From Acidimicrobiales bacterium (lineage in GTDB: Bacteria; Actinomycetota; Acidimicrobiia; Acidimicrobiales; SZUA-35), in contig JAHEJM010000005.1 in the NCBI GenBank assembly GCA_024638815.1, forward strand, positions 27,040 to 91,039: DNA of 64,000 bases, given 5' to 3'. Below the pieces are notes generated by a model. It did not search any database. It saw nothing but the letters and a program-made list of their open reading frames with translations, and was not told where the DNA came from. Positions 37,193-46,354 of the stretch are shown here, piece by piece. A program made the position numbers and the translations under genes. The stretch's first letter is position 1; the number at the start of each line of letters is the position of its first letter.

Positions 37193-37998
37193 CCGGCCAC
37201 GCCGGACGCCGTCGACCCGGCAATCGAACGTCGCTTGACCATGCGTTTGCCGATGACAATGGCGATCTCGTACGACAGGTACATCGGCACCGAGATCACC
37301 GACAGCATGAATGGATCACCGGTGGGGGTCACGATGGCCCCGAGAATGACCACCCCTACGATGGCGAAGCGCCGGTTGGAGCTGAGCGTCTGCGGCTCGA
37401 CGATGCCGATCAACTGGAGGAAGACCAGTATGAGGGGGAACTGGGCGGCAAAGCCGAAGGCAAACAGCATCTTGATGAAGAAGCCGAGGTATTCGCTCGG
37501 CCGGTAGAAAGGCTCGAAGCTGTCGAGACCGAAGCCCAACAGCACATCGAGGGCCTTGGGCAGAAGGAGGTAGGCGCTGACCAGTCCAATGGCGAGAAGG
37601 ATGGCCGAGATCACCACGAACGGAGCCAGCATCTTCTTCTCATGGGGATACAGGCCGGGCAGAACGAAACGGCCGATCTGGTAGAGCACGACCGGCGTGG
37701 CCAGCAGCAGTCCCCCATAGCCGGCAAAGGTCAGCACGACCGAGAAGGACTCCATGGGATTGGTCAACAAGAACACGCAGGTCTCTTGATCCGGTATCGC
37801 CTCCAGCTGGAACTGACAGTACGGCTCGACCACGAAGCCGAGTAGGCGATCCTTGAAGATGTAGACCACGATGGCGCCGATCGCGATGGCCAGAATGGAG
37901 CGAATCAGCCGCTTGCGGAGCTCGGTCAAGTGCTCGAGCAGCGACATCTCACCGGCGGGCGTGGCCGGCTCTTTGTCCCGTTTGAACGGATTTTTCAT
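37189..37998 (-). CDS. tatC: twin-arginine translocase subunit TatC
   Basis: 269 aa with six hydrophobic helices and the N-terminal MSLLEHLTELRKRL motif. Its ATG overlaps the upstream stop (ATGA). Confidence 0.9.
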   Translation of the reverse strand: MKNPFKRDKEPATPAGEMSLLEHLTELRKRLIRSILAIAIGAIVVYIFKDRLLGFVVEPYCQFQLEAIPDQETCVFLLTNPMESFSVVLTFAGYGGLLLATPVVLYQIGRFVLPGLYPHEKKMLAPFVVISAILLAIGLVSAYLLLPKALDVLLGFGLDSFEPFYRPSEYLGFFIKMLFAFGFAAQFPLILVFLQLIGIVEPQTLSSNRRFAIVGVVILGAIVTPTGDPFMLSVISVPMYLSYEIAIVIGKRMVKRRSIAGSTASGVAG

Positions 37999-38549
37999 TC
38001 CCGCTCCCCGGCCATCGGATCAGGGGCTTCATCGGCCCGGTTGGGATCGCTGTGACCGTTGGTCGACGTCGCCGGCTCGGCGGCCGGAGGCTTCAGGCTC
38101 TCGGGTCGGTCCGGGCCGGTTGTTTCGGTCGCAGGCTCCAGTTCGTCGTCGCCGGCTGCCTCGGCCTCCGGCCCGGGTTCGACCTGCTCGGGCCCGTCGC
38201 CATCGGGCCCGGCACCGTCGTCGTCGCCATCATCGGAGTCGCCCGAGTCGTCGGACTCGGCCCGCCTGGCCGTGAACGGTGGGTCGATGTTCTGGGCCCA
38301 CGAGGAGTTGTCGATCGGGTCGGCCCACGGGGTCTCGAGCTTGTCGGCCCACGACTTGACGTCGGTGGCCTCCTCGATCTGGTTCATACCGTCCATGAAG
38401 TCGTCGCGTAGACGGTCGCTCATCGACTTCAGCTGGCCCATCGTCCGCCCGACCTTGCGGATCAGTCCGGGCAGCTGCTCCGGCCCTACTGCGATCAGGA
38501 GAACGATGGCGATGAGCATCATCTCGCCGGCGCCGATATTGAAGAACAC
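37995..38549 (-). CDS. Sec-independent translocase TatA/TatB family protein (TatB-like) with long acidic tail
   Basis: It reads MFFNIGAGEMMLIAIVLLIAVGPEQLPGLIRKVGRTMGQL, a single TM helix followed by GP..LP and an amphipathic helix, as in TatB. The C-terminal tail of ~120 aa is Asp/Glu/Pro-rich. Confidence 0.8.
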   Translation of the reverse strand: MFFNIGAGEMMLIAIVLLIAVGPEQLPGLIRKVGRTMGQLKSMSDRLRDDFMDGMNQIEEATDVKSWADKLETPWADPIDNSSWAQNIDPPFTARRAESDDSGDSDDGDDDGAGPDGDGPEQVEPGPEAEAAGDDELEPATETTGPDRPESLKPPAAEPATSTNGHSDPNRADEAPDPMAGERE

Positions 38550-38623
38550 AACCCAAGGCTACCGTGCGACGGGACAGCGCCCGTCGCGTCGCACCACCTT
38601 GGAACCGACCAGCGGAAACGAGT

Positions 38624-38650
38624 GCGGCCACGTCGATTCGACGTGGCCGC
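38624..38650. terminator. strong hairpin, candidate terminator after the zinc-ribbon gene
   Basis: GCGGCCACGTCG-ATT-CGACGTGGCCGC is a perfect 12-bp stem. It lies 28 nt downstream of the minus-strand stop at 38679 and upstream of the tat gene. There is no clean U-tract. Confidence 0.5.
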
Positions 38651-38678
38651 TTGAACCTGAATTGACCGGGTTGTAGGT

Positions 38679-39011
38679 TCAGCCCGTGGTCAGCTCCGCC
38701 AGCGCCGCGCTGAGCCGGGTGTCGTCCTGGAGTAGATGGTGGAAGTCCAGGAGATCGTCGTGGTTGATGGGCTCACCGGAGTGGTTCTCATGGAGCTCGG
38801 CCGGCAAGCGCCATGTGGTGAAGGAGACACCGGATGCAACCAGAAGATCGATGGTGCGGGGTTCGGCCGGCTTGACCACCATCATGGAGCAGTGAGGGCA
38901 ACGGAACGAATAGGTTCCCATGTTGTTGTCGTCACAGATTCGAACGTGCACATCGGCCGTCGTCAGCTCAACATCTCCGCAATCTGAACAGCTAGCACGA
39001 ATGGTTGCCAT
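38679..39011 (-). CDS. zinc-ribbon hypothetical protein, 110 aa
   Basis: From the ATG at 39011: MATIRASCSDCGDVELTT...FRCPHCSMMVV, a CxxC...CPxC pattern. The track ORF's upstream 131 codons lack coding character. Confidence 0.55.
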   Translation of the reverse strand: MATIRASCSDCGDVELTTADVHVRICDDNNMGTYSFRCPHCSMMVVKPAEPRTIDLLVASGVSFTTWRLPAELHENHSGEPINHDDLLDFHHLLQDDTRLSAALAELTTG

Positions 39012-39234
39012 GGAAGGTAGTCCTCTCACCCGGTCTTGTGAGTTTGTCCTCCATAGGTTCGGCAACACACGAGCCACCCTTAAGCCATGGATGGAACAGA
39101 TGGCAAAATCGCCCACTTCGTGTGACCAACGAACCACCACTCCCCACGCTTCGTGATCGGCGCCCACCGAGTGCGCTGGACAGGGGCACGGAACGGGCTG
39201 TGCGATCCATGCCGTCCACCGGCAAGATGAATCG

Positions 39235-39975
39235 ATGACTTCCCGCCTACCCTCGTTGCACGACAAGGTGCGGACCTTCCGCCAGCACGGCTTCTCCGAC
39301 AGGAGTTTCGGGAACAACCTGGCCGACGTGGATACCGAGACGGGTCCGTTGGATACCGCCGGCGCCGGTGGCCTGGCGTCGAGCGTCTGGTTGACGGCCG
39401 ACAACCAGCCCGTGGTCCACGCCCGGTCCTCGCTCGGAGGCCGGCTGCGGCGACAGCGAATCTCGTCGTTGACGCTGGATCAGCTACCGGAATCGGTGGT
39501 GGCTCTTTCGGCCTTGATGAGCCGCCTGGGCCGGACCGGGGGTCCGGCCTCGGTCCTGCTCACGATGGCCGAGGACATCATGTTCGAGCCGGTCCAGGCC
39601 GTGCTCGACGCGGCCCCACCGCCGGTGGAGGGCGAGATCTGGCTCTCCCACAGCGATCCCGGGGTGCTGCAACGATGGCGACCACGAACCGGAGCCAGGC
39701 TGGTCAACGTGCTGAGCACGGTTCGGACGGCCAAGGGTTTGGAGAAGGAGGTGGCCCGACTGCACGAACTCGGCATCGACGCCGTGGCCGCCTTCCACAA
39801 GGAGTGGTCGGGGGGATCGGTGGCCATGGCTCATCGCTTCGGGGTGATGGCCTTCGCCACCGGGGCTGAGCACGAACGGGAACTCGCCGCCCTGGTCGAC
39901 GCCGGGATCGACGGTCTGGTCTGTGCCCACGTCGACCGCATGCTGGCCGTCGTGGCCCAGTACTACCCGTCATGA
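39235..39975 (+). CDS. glycerophosphodiester phosphodiesterase (GDPD)-fold protein with degenerate catalytic motifs
   Basis: The C-terminal pattern LHELGIDAVAAFHKEW...RFGVMAFATGAEHERELAALVDAGIDGLVCAHVDRM fits the GDPD TIM barrel. The N-terminal HRG, ENT, E.D and HD positions read QHG, NNL, SSV and HA. Confidence 0.5.
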   Translation: MTSRLPSLHDKVRTFRQHGFSDRSFGNNLADVDTETGPLDTAGAGGLASSVWLTADNQPVVHARSSLGGRLRRQRISSLTLDQLPESVVALSALMSRLGRTGGPASVLLTMAEDIMFEPVQAVLDAAPPPVEGEIWLSHSDPGVLQRWRPRTGARLVNVLSTVRTAKGLEKEVARLHELGIDAVAAFHKEWSGGSVAMAHRFGVMAFATGAEHERELAALVDAGIDGLVCAHVDRMLAVVAQYYPS

Positions 39976-40433
39976 GCCGGCGGGCCCTGGTTGTGCTGGT
40001 CGTGGTGCTGGCGGCGGCCGTCGTCGGCACCATCAGGACCACAGGCGACCCCGATGAGTCCCCCACGTCGAATTCCGAAAACGGCGTTGAGCTGGATATC
40101 GGCCGTCCGGTGTCCAATTCCCTCGACCCGACGTCAGGGCTACCCGTGGTCGACGTCGACCGGTTGCCATCGGAGGCGGCCGACACCGTGACCGTGATCC
40201 GCTGGGGCGGGCCCTATCCGTACGATCGCGACGGCACGGTGTTCCAGAACCGGGAGGGGTTGCTGCCCGATCGACCCACCGGGTACTACCGGGAGTACAC
40301 CGTGCTCACACCGGGAGAGGACGATCGGGGGGCGCGACGAATTGTGGCCGGTGGGAACGGCGAGCTCTACTACACCGCTGACCACTACTCGTCATTCGTG
40401 GTCATCTCCGGCGGAGAGGACCCGCCGTCATGA
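39972..40433 (+). CDS. secreted guanyl-specific ribonuclease (RNase Sa / N1-T1 family)
   Basis: It has an N-terminal signal/TM segment MSRRALVVLVVVLAAAVVG. The RNase Sa core reads GGPYPYDRDGTVFQNREGLLP...GYYREYTVLTPGEDDRGARRIV...YYTADHYSSF, with the catalytic Glu, Arg and His retained. Its ATG overlaps the upstream stop (ATGA). Confidence 0.9.
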   Translation: MSRRALVVLVVVLAAAVVGTIRTTGDPDESPTSNSENGVELDIGRPVSNSLDPTSGLPVVDVDRLPSEAADTVTVIRWGGPYPYDRDGTVFQNREGLLPDRPTGYYREYTVLTPGEDDRGARRIVAGGNGELYYTADHYSSFVVISGGEDPPS

Positions 40434-40858
40434 CCCCACTGCTGGGACTTCTGCTGCAGGGCGATCGAGGCCGCGTCGCGGCCTTGGCCCGGTTCGAGAC
40501 GTGGCATCCTGAACTCCTTGCCGAGTTCGGCTTCGGGATCGACGTGGTGGATTTCGCAGGAATCGCCGACAAGGAGTCGACGATGGGGCGGATTGCGGAA
40601 GCTCTGGAACTGCCGGAGTGGTTCGGACGAAACTGGGATGCCCTGGACGAGACCCTGGGCGACCGCTGCTGCCGATCGCCCCGTGTTCTGGTGCTGAACC
40701 ACCTGGAAGCCCTGGTAAGAGCCGATCACCGCACCGCCGCCACCCTGGTACAGGTGGCGGGCGATGCCGTGGTCGGAACCGAGTCACTCGTGCTCGCCGT
40801 CGGAGTTCCATCCGGCAGCGAACCGGGAACGGACCCGGGCGGGCGGGCACTGGAGTAG
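40430..40858 (+). CDS. barstar-family ribonuclease inhibitor
   Basis: It carries the barstar signature LELPEWFGRNWDALDETLGD. Its ATG overlaps the RNase stop (ATGA). Confidence 0.85.
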   Translation: MTPLLGLLLQGDRGRVAALARFETWHPELLAEFGFGIDVVDFAGIADKESTMGRIAEALELPEWFGRNWDALDETLGDRCCRSPRVLVLNHLEALVRADHRTAATLVQVAGDAVVGTESLVLAVGVPSGSEPGTDPGGRALE

Positions 40859-40907
40859 ATCGGCCGGCCCGACCGGTCGAAGGGCCGTTCGGCCGTACGC
40901 ACCGTGA

Positions 40908-42152
40908 CTAGAGCAGAGACAGCCGATCGAGGGGCCAGAACAGGAAAAAGGCCCGACCCACAACCCTGTCGGTCTCGATCGTTCCCAGTTCGCCCCGCGA
41001 ATCCGAAGACAGGTTGCGATTGTCACCCATGACGAAGATCTGATCCTCGGGGACCACCTCGGGGCCGAAGTCGGGCATCGCCGTGGACTCGTTCAGATAA
41101 GGCTCGACTAGGAGCCGGCCGTCGATCAACACCTGATTGTCGCGGATCTCGATGGTCTCGCCCGGTAGGGCGATCACACGCTTGATCACGTCCTTGGGCT
41201 CGTCCGGACCAGCCAACTCCAGCTCGGCGGCGGTGCGGCGGAAGACCACGATGTCTCCCCGATTGATGTCGTGTAACCGATAGCTCAGCTTGTTGACCAG
41301 GACCCGGTCTCTGATCAAGAGGGTGTCCTCCATCGATGGAGACGGGATGTAGAAGGCCTGAAGCAGGACGGCCCGCAGTACGAGGGCCAGCAAGGTGGCC
41401 GCCACCAGGACCACGGCCCACTCGATGGCGTTGCGGCGGGCTGCGGCTCCGGACTCCAGTTCCTCCTCGTCAAAGGAACGACCGTCCGTTCCGAAATCCT
41501 CCAGTCCGACGTCAACGTCGGCATGGCCGTAGTCCGGTTCCGTGCTTCGGGACACACCGCGACCCCCGAACGATGGGTCACCACCGGCTCGTTCCACCCA
41601 CTCCCGAGACCACGACTCCTCGATCGGCTCATGGTCGACCTCATTCCAAGCGCCGTTGTGGGCTGGATCGGGTCGCCATCCAGGATCCACACTCGGACCG
41701 ATCGGGCCTCGGATCGGAGCCGTGGGTCCGGGCGTGGCCTCGCCCTCGGTTCGTTGCAGAGGAAACGTCGTGTCGTTGATCACACGACTGGAGGGTGGGT
41801 CGAATCTGTCCATCACCTCCGCATCGGGCTCCTGCTGCGGTGGAGCCGACAGCCCACCCGGCGGCATGGGCGCGTCATGACCATTGGACTTCGATTCGTG
41901 CCGGTCGGCCCACGACTGGCCGAATGGGCTGGTCGGGTTGACGGGGTCGGCGTCAGCGACGATCGCCGGTACCGACTCCACCGACGGCCCTTCGATCCAC
42001 CGGCCCTGGTCATTTCGCCGGAGCCGTTGTTGGAGGCGCAGTTGCGGTGAGGTGGTACCGGACGAGGAAGCCGGCCCATGCTGATTGAAATCGGTCATGT
42101 TGTTTGCCGTCGCCTCCGGGTGTGGTTCGCCCCACTTTACCCGAGACGACAC
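40908..42152 (-). CDS. lepB: signal peptidase I with ~230-aa low-complexity cytoplasmic N-terminal extension
   Basis: It has a TM helix, catalytic Ser (IPSPSMEDTL), Lys box (VIKRVIALPGETIE) and GDNRNLSSDSR. The start is uncertain: either GTG 42152, just after the AT-rich TTTATATTCTT, or ATG 42098. Confidence 0.8.
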   Translation of the reverse strand: MSSRVKWGEPHPEATANNMTDFNQHGPASSSGTTSPQLRLQQRLRRNDQGRWIEGPSVESVPAIVADADPVNPTSPFGQSWADRHESKSNGHDAPMPPGGLSAPPQQEPDAEVMDRFDPPSSRVINDTTFPLQRTEGEATPGPTAPIRGPIGPSVDPGWRPDPAHNGAWNEVDHEPIEESWSREWVERAGGDPSFGGRGVSRSTEPDYGHADVDVGLEDFGTDGRSFDEEELESGAAARRNAIEWAVVLVAATLLALVLRAVLLQAFYIPSPSMEDTLLIRDRVLVNKLSYRLHDINRGDIVVFRRTAAELELAGPDEPKDVIKRVIALPGETIEIRDNQVLIDGRLLVEPYLNESTAMPDFGPEVVPEDQIFVMGDNRNLSSDSRGELGTIETDRVVGRAFFLFWPLDRLSLL

Positions 42153-42215
42153 AAGAATATAAAGAACTGGTTACAGCCGCTGCTCGGCCGGGTCGACCGA
42201 TTGACCACCGGTGGA

Positions 42216-43184
42216 TCACTCCGACTTGGGCTCGTATCTCAGCAGAATACGACTCGCTGCATCGGCGGCCAGGGTCGGCGCCTCGGGCAGACCAGCTTGG
42301 CCGACGACGGTCACCTGAAGTCCGAGTCGTACCAGCAACCGCTCGATCCAGGGGATCGCCCCCACCGGGAGCGTGACCGTGATCGAGCCATCGTCGTGCA
42401 GATCCAGCTGCTCGCACGGGTAGCTGTCCACCACCCATGCCGCCTCCGGTTTCAAGCACAACGTGATCCGGGGCTGGCCGGCTCGAGCATGGAACACCCC
42501 GTCATAGTCGAGTCCCTTCGGTGGTGGTCGATACCTCGACCCGTCCAGCAAGGAGAGTTCGTTGATTCGGTCGACCCGGAAGATCCGCTCACCTTCGGCC
42601 AGATCGCACCAACCGACCACGTACCAACTCCCCTCGTCGGCAAACACCCGCCATGGACTGATCCGCCGTCGGGTTTGGGCATCGCGACCGTAGGAGTAGT
42701 AGTCGACTTCGACCTGGCATCCGACGGTGGCCGCCTGGCGAAGCCGGCCCAGGAGTTCGGCCTCGGCCGAGCCCAGGTGCACGTCCACCGGGTCCCGGTC
42801 GACGGTTCCCAGCACCTTGGCCAGCTTCTCCAGCGCTCGAGACAGGGCACCGTCGGGGTCGGTCCCGGGGATGGAGAGAAGTCCATCGGAGGAGGCCAGC
42901 AGGGCCAGACCCTGACCGGCGGTCAGCTTCAGTGGACGGGAGAAGAAGTCGGCCAGCATGATCGAGACCCGGCCCTCATCGTCGATCTGAACATCGACCA
43001 GCGCATCGGGGGAGTAGGGAGGCAGACCGACCATGTAGACGACGGCGAGATCGGCCAGCAACTCCCCCTCGGTCAGCTCGAATCGGGTGGCCACGTCGGC
43101 CACCCGCTCACCGGGATTGGCCACGATGTACGGCACGATGGCCAGCACTCGGCGCATGCGGTCGGCGGCCGTGGTGCGACTCAT
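42216..43184 (-). CDS. pafC: WYL-domain HTH transcriptional regulator PafC
   Basis: It reads MSRTTAADRMRRVLAIVPYIVANPGERVADVATRF (HTH) and has the WYL motif EGSWYVVGWCD. It is the second regulator after pafA, as in pafABC. An alternative start is at 43238. Confidence 0.8.
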   Translation of the reverse strand: MSRTTAADRMRRVLAIVPYIVANPGERVADVATRFELTEGELLADLAVVYMVGLPPYSPDALVDVQIDDEGRVSIMLADFFSRPLKLTAGQGLALLASSDGLLSIPGTDPDGALSRALEKLAKVLGTVDRDPVDVHLGSAEAELLGRLRQAATVGCQVEVDYYSYGRDAQTRRRISPWRVFADEGSWYVVGWCDLAEGERIFRVDRINELSLLDGSRYRPPPKGLDYDGVFHARAGQPRITLCLKPEAAWVVDSYPCEQLDLHDDGSITVTLPVGAIPWIERLLVRLGLQVTVVGQAGLPEAPTLAADAASRILLRYEPKSE

Positions 43185-43260
43185 TTCTCCCTGGTCACTT
43201 TCTCGACGAACCGTTCCACCCAACGACCACCCGACCACGGCGCCGACTCGAATCGGGCGG

Positions 43261-44238
43261 TCATGAGCCGCTCTCGGACGTGGCCACGATGGAGCCCAGC
43301 CAGTTCATGATGTCGGCCCGCCACTCGGCCGGCGACAGCAATTCAGCGTGATCGAGAAAGCCGAGAATGAACGTCCGGAAGGCGTCGCGATTGGCGACGG
43401 GAATGGCGAACACCTCGGAGCCGTCGGATTCGATCCGGGATTCGACCTCGGGACCGAGCTGACGTCGGGCGGTGGCCACATGGTCGGCATCGATTCGGAG
43501 CTCGGCAATCAGCGGTTCGTCCTGCCCGATCTCCCATGCCTGCCGGGGGCCTGGACTGCGATAGTCACCGTCGGGGATGTCGGCGTCGTCACCGGTGCGG
43601 GCCACCTCGCCCTCGATGCGATCGAGACGGAAGTTCCGCTCGCCGGAACGGACCCGATCGAAGCCGGTCAGGTACCAGCGGCCGCGGTGGAAATCGAGGC
43701 GCCACGGATCGACCACTCGCACCTCGCCTCGGTACCCGAAGGTGATGACCTGTCGCTCGGTGATGGCCTGGAAGATGGGAATGAGAGCGGGGTCGGCGGG
43801 CAGGCTGGCCACGACATCCTGGGTCAGGCCGACATCGGTTGCCGTGGACGGCGAGTCTCCCGGTCCGGCCGGATCGAGTCCCCCCAGCTTCCACAGGGCC
43901 TCTCGGTCGCCCAAGCCGTCCAGCCGCACCGTCAGCGACGCCAGGTGAAGGGCCGCCAACTCGTCGGGAGCCAGGCCGGGGTCGGGCAGGTAGTACTCGT
44001 CGGGATCGATCCGGTAGCCGTCGACCGGGGGATCGGAGGCCTTGACCTTCTCGACCTTGAGCGGGATGCCGAGGACTCTGAGGTCGTCCTTGTCCCGCTC
44101 GAAGGCCCGGTGAAATGCCGACCCGGCCGGCGGATAGCCCTCCACCTTGCGCCGGATTTCCTCGGCCGTCAAGGGACGGCGGGTGTCGAGCAGCACGGCA
44201 GTCAGGTTCAGTAGTCGTTCCAGTTTGTTCACCGACAT
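43261..44238 (-). CDS. pafB: WYL-domain HTH transcriptional regulator PafB
   Basis: It reads KLERLLNLTAVLLDTRRPLTAEEIRRKV (HTH) and has the WYL motif HRGRWYLTGFD. It lies directly downstream of pafA. Confidence 0.85.
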   Translation of the reverse strand: MSVNKLERLLNLTAVLLDTRRPLTAEEIRRKVEGYPPAGSAFHRAFERDKDDLRVLGIPLKVEKVKASDPPVDGYRIDPDEYYLPDPGLAPDELAALHLASLTVRLDGLGDREALWKLGGLDPAGPGDSPSTATDVGLTQDVVASLPADPALIPIFQAITERQVITFGYRGEVRVVDPWRLDFHRGRWYLTGFDRVRSGERNFRLDRIEGEVARTGDDADIPDGDYRSPGPRQAWEIGQDEPLIAELRIDADHVATARRQLGPEVESRIESDGSEVFAIPVANRDAFRTFILGFLDHAELLSPAEWRADIMNWLGSIVATSESGS

Positions 44239-44295
44239 GGCTCGCCGTCCTGATCAAGGTTTCGGAGGCCGGAGGCGATCACGACCCTCCCTGGC

Positions 44296-45657
44296 TTACA
44301 AGCTATCGATGAGCTTGGCCACCCGTTCGTCCTCGCTCCGGAACGGGTCCTTGCACAGCACGGTTCGTTGAGCCTGATCGTTGAGCTTGAGGTGGACCCA
44401 GTCGACGGTGTAATCCCGCTTCTTGTCCTTGGCCCGGCGAATGAAATCGCCTCGTAGCTTGGCCCGGGTGGTCTGCGGCGGCTGATCGATGGCCTCCATC
44501 ATCTCACCGTCGGTGAGGGTGCGCTCCACCAGACCACGATGCTGCAACCGGTAGAACAAACCACGGTCTCGGCGGATGTCGTGATACTGAAGATCGATGA
44601 GAGCCACCTTGGGGTGACCGAGGGTCAGATCGTGCTTGGCCCGATACGACTCGATCAGGTTGTGCTTGATGACCCAATCCAGCTCGGCGCCCAGCGACAA
44701 TGGGTCACGCTCGAGGCTGATCAGGACATGCTCCCACATGTCGAGTGCCCGCTGCTCGTCTTGGGGTAGACCCTTGTTGTCGGCATACTTCAGAGCCCGG
44801 GATAGAAACTCGGCCTGCATCTCCAGCGCTGAGATCTCCCGACCGTCGGCCAACCGTACCCGTCGGGTCAGGGACAGATCGTGGCTGATCTCGCGTATGG
44901 CCCGGATCGGGTTCTCCAAGGTCATGTCGGGCAGCACGCAGGTCGGATCCTCGACCATGCGCAACAGCACGGCCATGACCCCCACCTTGAGATACGTGGT
45001 GTATTCGCTCATGTTGGAGTCGCCGACGATCACGTGCAGACGCCGGTGGTGCTCGGCGTCGGCGTGGGGCTCGTCTCGGGTGTTGATGATGGGCCGCGAC
45101 CGGGTGGTTGCCGAGGACACACCTTCCCAGATGTGTTCCGCCCTCTGGCTGAGGGCGAACATCGGGCCACGGGCCGTCTGCAGAACCTTGCCTGCTCCAG
45201 CGTAGATCTGACGACTGACCAGAAAAGGAATCAGGATCTCGTCGTAGTGGTTGAGGTCCTCGGTTCGGTTCGTCAGATAATTCTCATGGCAGCCATAGGA
45301 GTTGCCGGCCGAATCGGTGTTGTTCTTGAACAGATGCACGGTGCCCCGAATGCCTTCATCCAGCAATCGGTCCTCGGCCGAGCCCAGCAGCTCCTCGAGG
45401 ATGCGCTCTCCGGCCTTGTCATGGACAACGACCTGGCCGATCGAGTCACACTCCGCCGTGGCGTACTCGGGATGGGAGCCGACATCGAGATACAGCCGGG
45501 CCCCGTTGACCAGGAACACATTGGATGACCGGCCCCACGACACCACCCGCCGGAACAGGTAGCGGGCAACCTCGTCCGGGCTGAGGCGACGTTGGCCCCG
45601 AAGGGTACAGGTCACCCCGTATTCCGTTTCCAGACCGTAGATTCGACGAGAGAACAC
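44296..45657 (-). CDS. pafA: Pup--protein ligase PafA
   Basis: 453 aa reading [13 protein letters not shown]...[20 protein letters not shown]. It is paralogous to Dop but lacks the Dop loop. Start codon is GTG. Confidence 0.9.
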   Translation of the reverse strand: MFSRRIYGLETEYGVTCTLRGQRRLSPDEVARYLFRRVVSWGRSSNVFLVNGARLYLDVGSHPEYATAECDSIGQVVVHDKAGERILEELLGSAEDRLLDEGIRGTVHLFKNNTDSAGNSYGCHENYLTNRTEDLNHYDEILIPFLVSRQIYAGAGKVLQTARGPMFALSQRAEHIWEGVSSATTRSRPIINTRDEPHADAEHHRRLHVIVGDSNMSEYTTYLKVGVMAVLLRMVEDPTCVLPDMTLENPIRAIREISHDLSLTRRVRLADGREISALEMQAEFLSRALKYADNKGLPQDEQRALDMWEHVLISLERDPLSLGAELDWVIKHNLIESYRAKHDLTLGHPKVALIDLQYHDIRRDRGLFYRLQHRGLVERTLTDGEMMEAIDQPPQTTRAKLRGDFIRRAKDKKRDYTVDWVHLKLNDQAQRTVLCKDPFRSEDERVAKLIDSL

Positions 45658-45679
45658 GTGCTACCCGGAGCTGCTAGGG

Positions 45680-46354
45680 CTACAGCAGCCCATCGATCTC
45701 GCCGCTCTCGAGCCGGCGGAAACACCGACCCTTGTCGAGACGGTCGAGCACCGCCACTTCGAGCTCGCCACTGCCCAGGGTTCGCTCGTCACCGGCCAGA
45801 GCGGCGACGGCCGCTTTCAGACCCCCACTGAGCGACAGTTCGTCCTCATAGGACCGCCCCAGCCGCTCCCGGATCGCCTCAGCCTCGCCTCCGAGCACGG
45901 CGAAGCCGTGTTCGTCGCTGACCGAACCGTCGTAGCGGATATGGAACATGCGATCGCCGTCCGGCCGGTAGCCGACCGACGCCACCAGGATCTCGACCTC
46001 GAGTGGCTTTGTCTCGTGGGTGAAGATCTGACCCAGCATCTGGGCGTACTGGTTGGCCAGGGCCTGGGGATCGACATCGTCGCGCGAGTAGGTGTAGCCC
46101 TTCAGGTCGGCGTGGCGGATTCCGGCGATACGGAGCTGGTCGTATTCGTTGTAGCGGCCGACCCCGGCGAAGGCGATACGGTCGTAGATCTCGGAGATCT
46201 TGCGCAGGTTGCGGGACGGGTTCTCGGCGCACAGCAAGACGCCGGCGTCGAACTCGATGGCGGCCAGACTACGACCCCGGGCGATGCCCTTCTGGGCGAA
46301 ATCGGCCCGATCCTTCATCAGCTGTTCGGGAGCAACGTAGAACGGCATGTTCAT
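45680..46354 (-). CDS. prcA: proteasome subunit alpha
   Basis: 224 aa reading MNMPFYVAPEQLMKDRADFAQKGIARGRS...ISEIYDRIAFAGVG. Its ATG overlaps the prcB stop (ATGA). Confidence 0.9.
   Translation of the reverse strand: MNMPFYVAPEQLMKDRADFAQKGIARGRSLAAIEFDAGVLLCAENPSRNLRKISEIYDRIAFAGVGRYNEYDQLRIAGIRHADLKGYTYSRDDVDPQALANQYAQMLGQIFTHETKPLEVEILVASVGYRPDGDRMFHIRYDGSVSDEHGFAVLGGEAEAIRERLGRSYEDELSLSGGLKAAVAALAGDERTLGSGELEVAVLDRLDKGRCFRRLESGEIDGLL

Noticed and set aside
34730-37507. 925-aa plus-strand ORF, the longest in its region.
   Set aside because: It is entirely antisense to helY, which has unambiguous helicase motifs. Its product is Gly/Arg/Pro/His-rich with no motif. Long antisense ORFs are expected in high-GC DNA because stop codons are rare. 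The same reasoning rejects 58532-60652 (+), 47910-49430 (+), 49198-50535 (+), 51229-52914 (+), 14548-15942 (+), 25041-26519 (+), 2786-4069 (+), 42078-43310 (+), 10429-11571 (+) and 51020-52156 (-).
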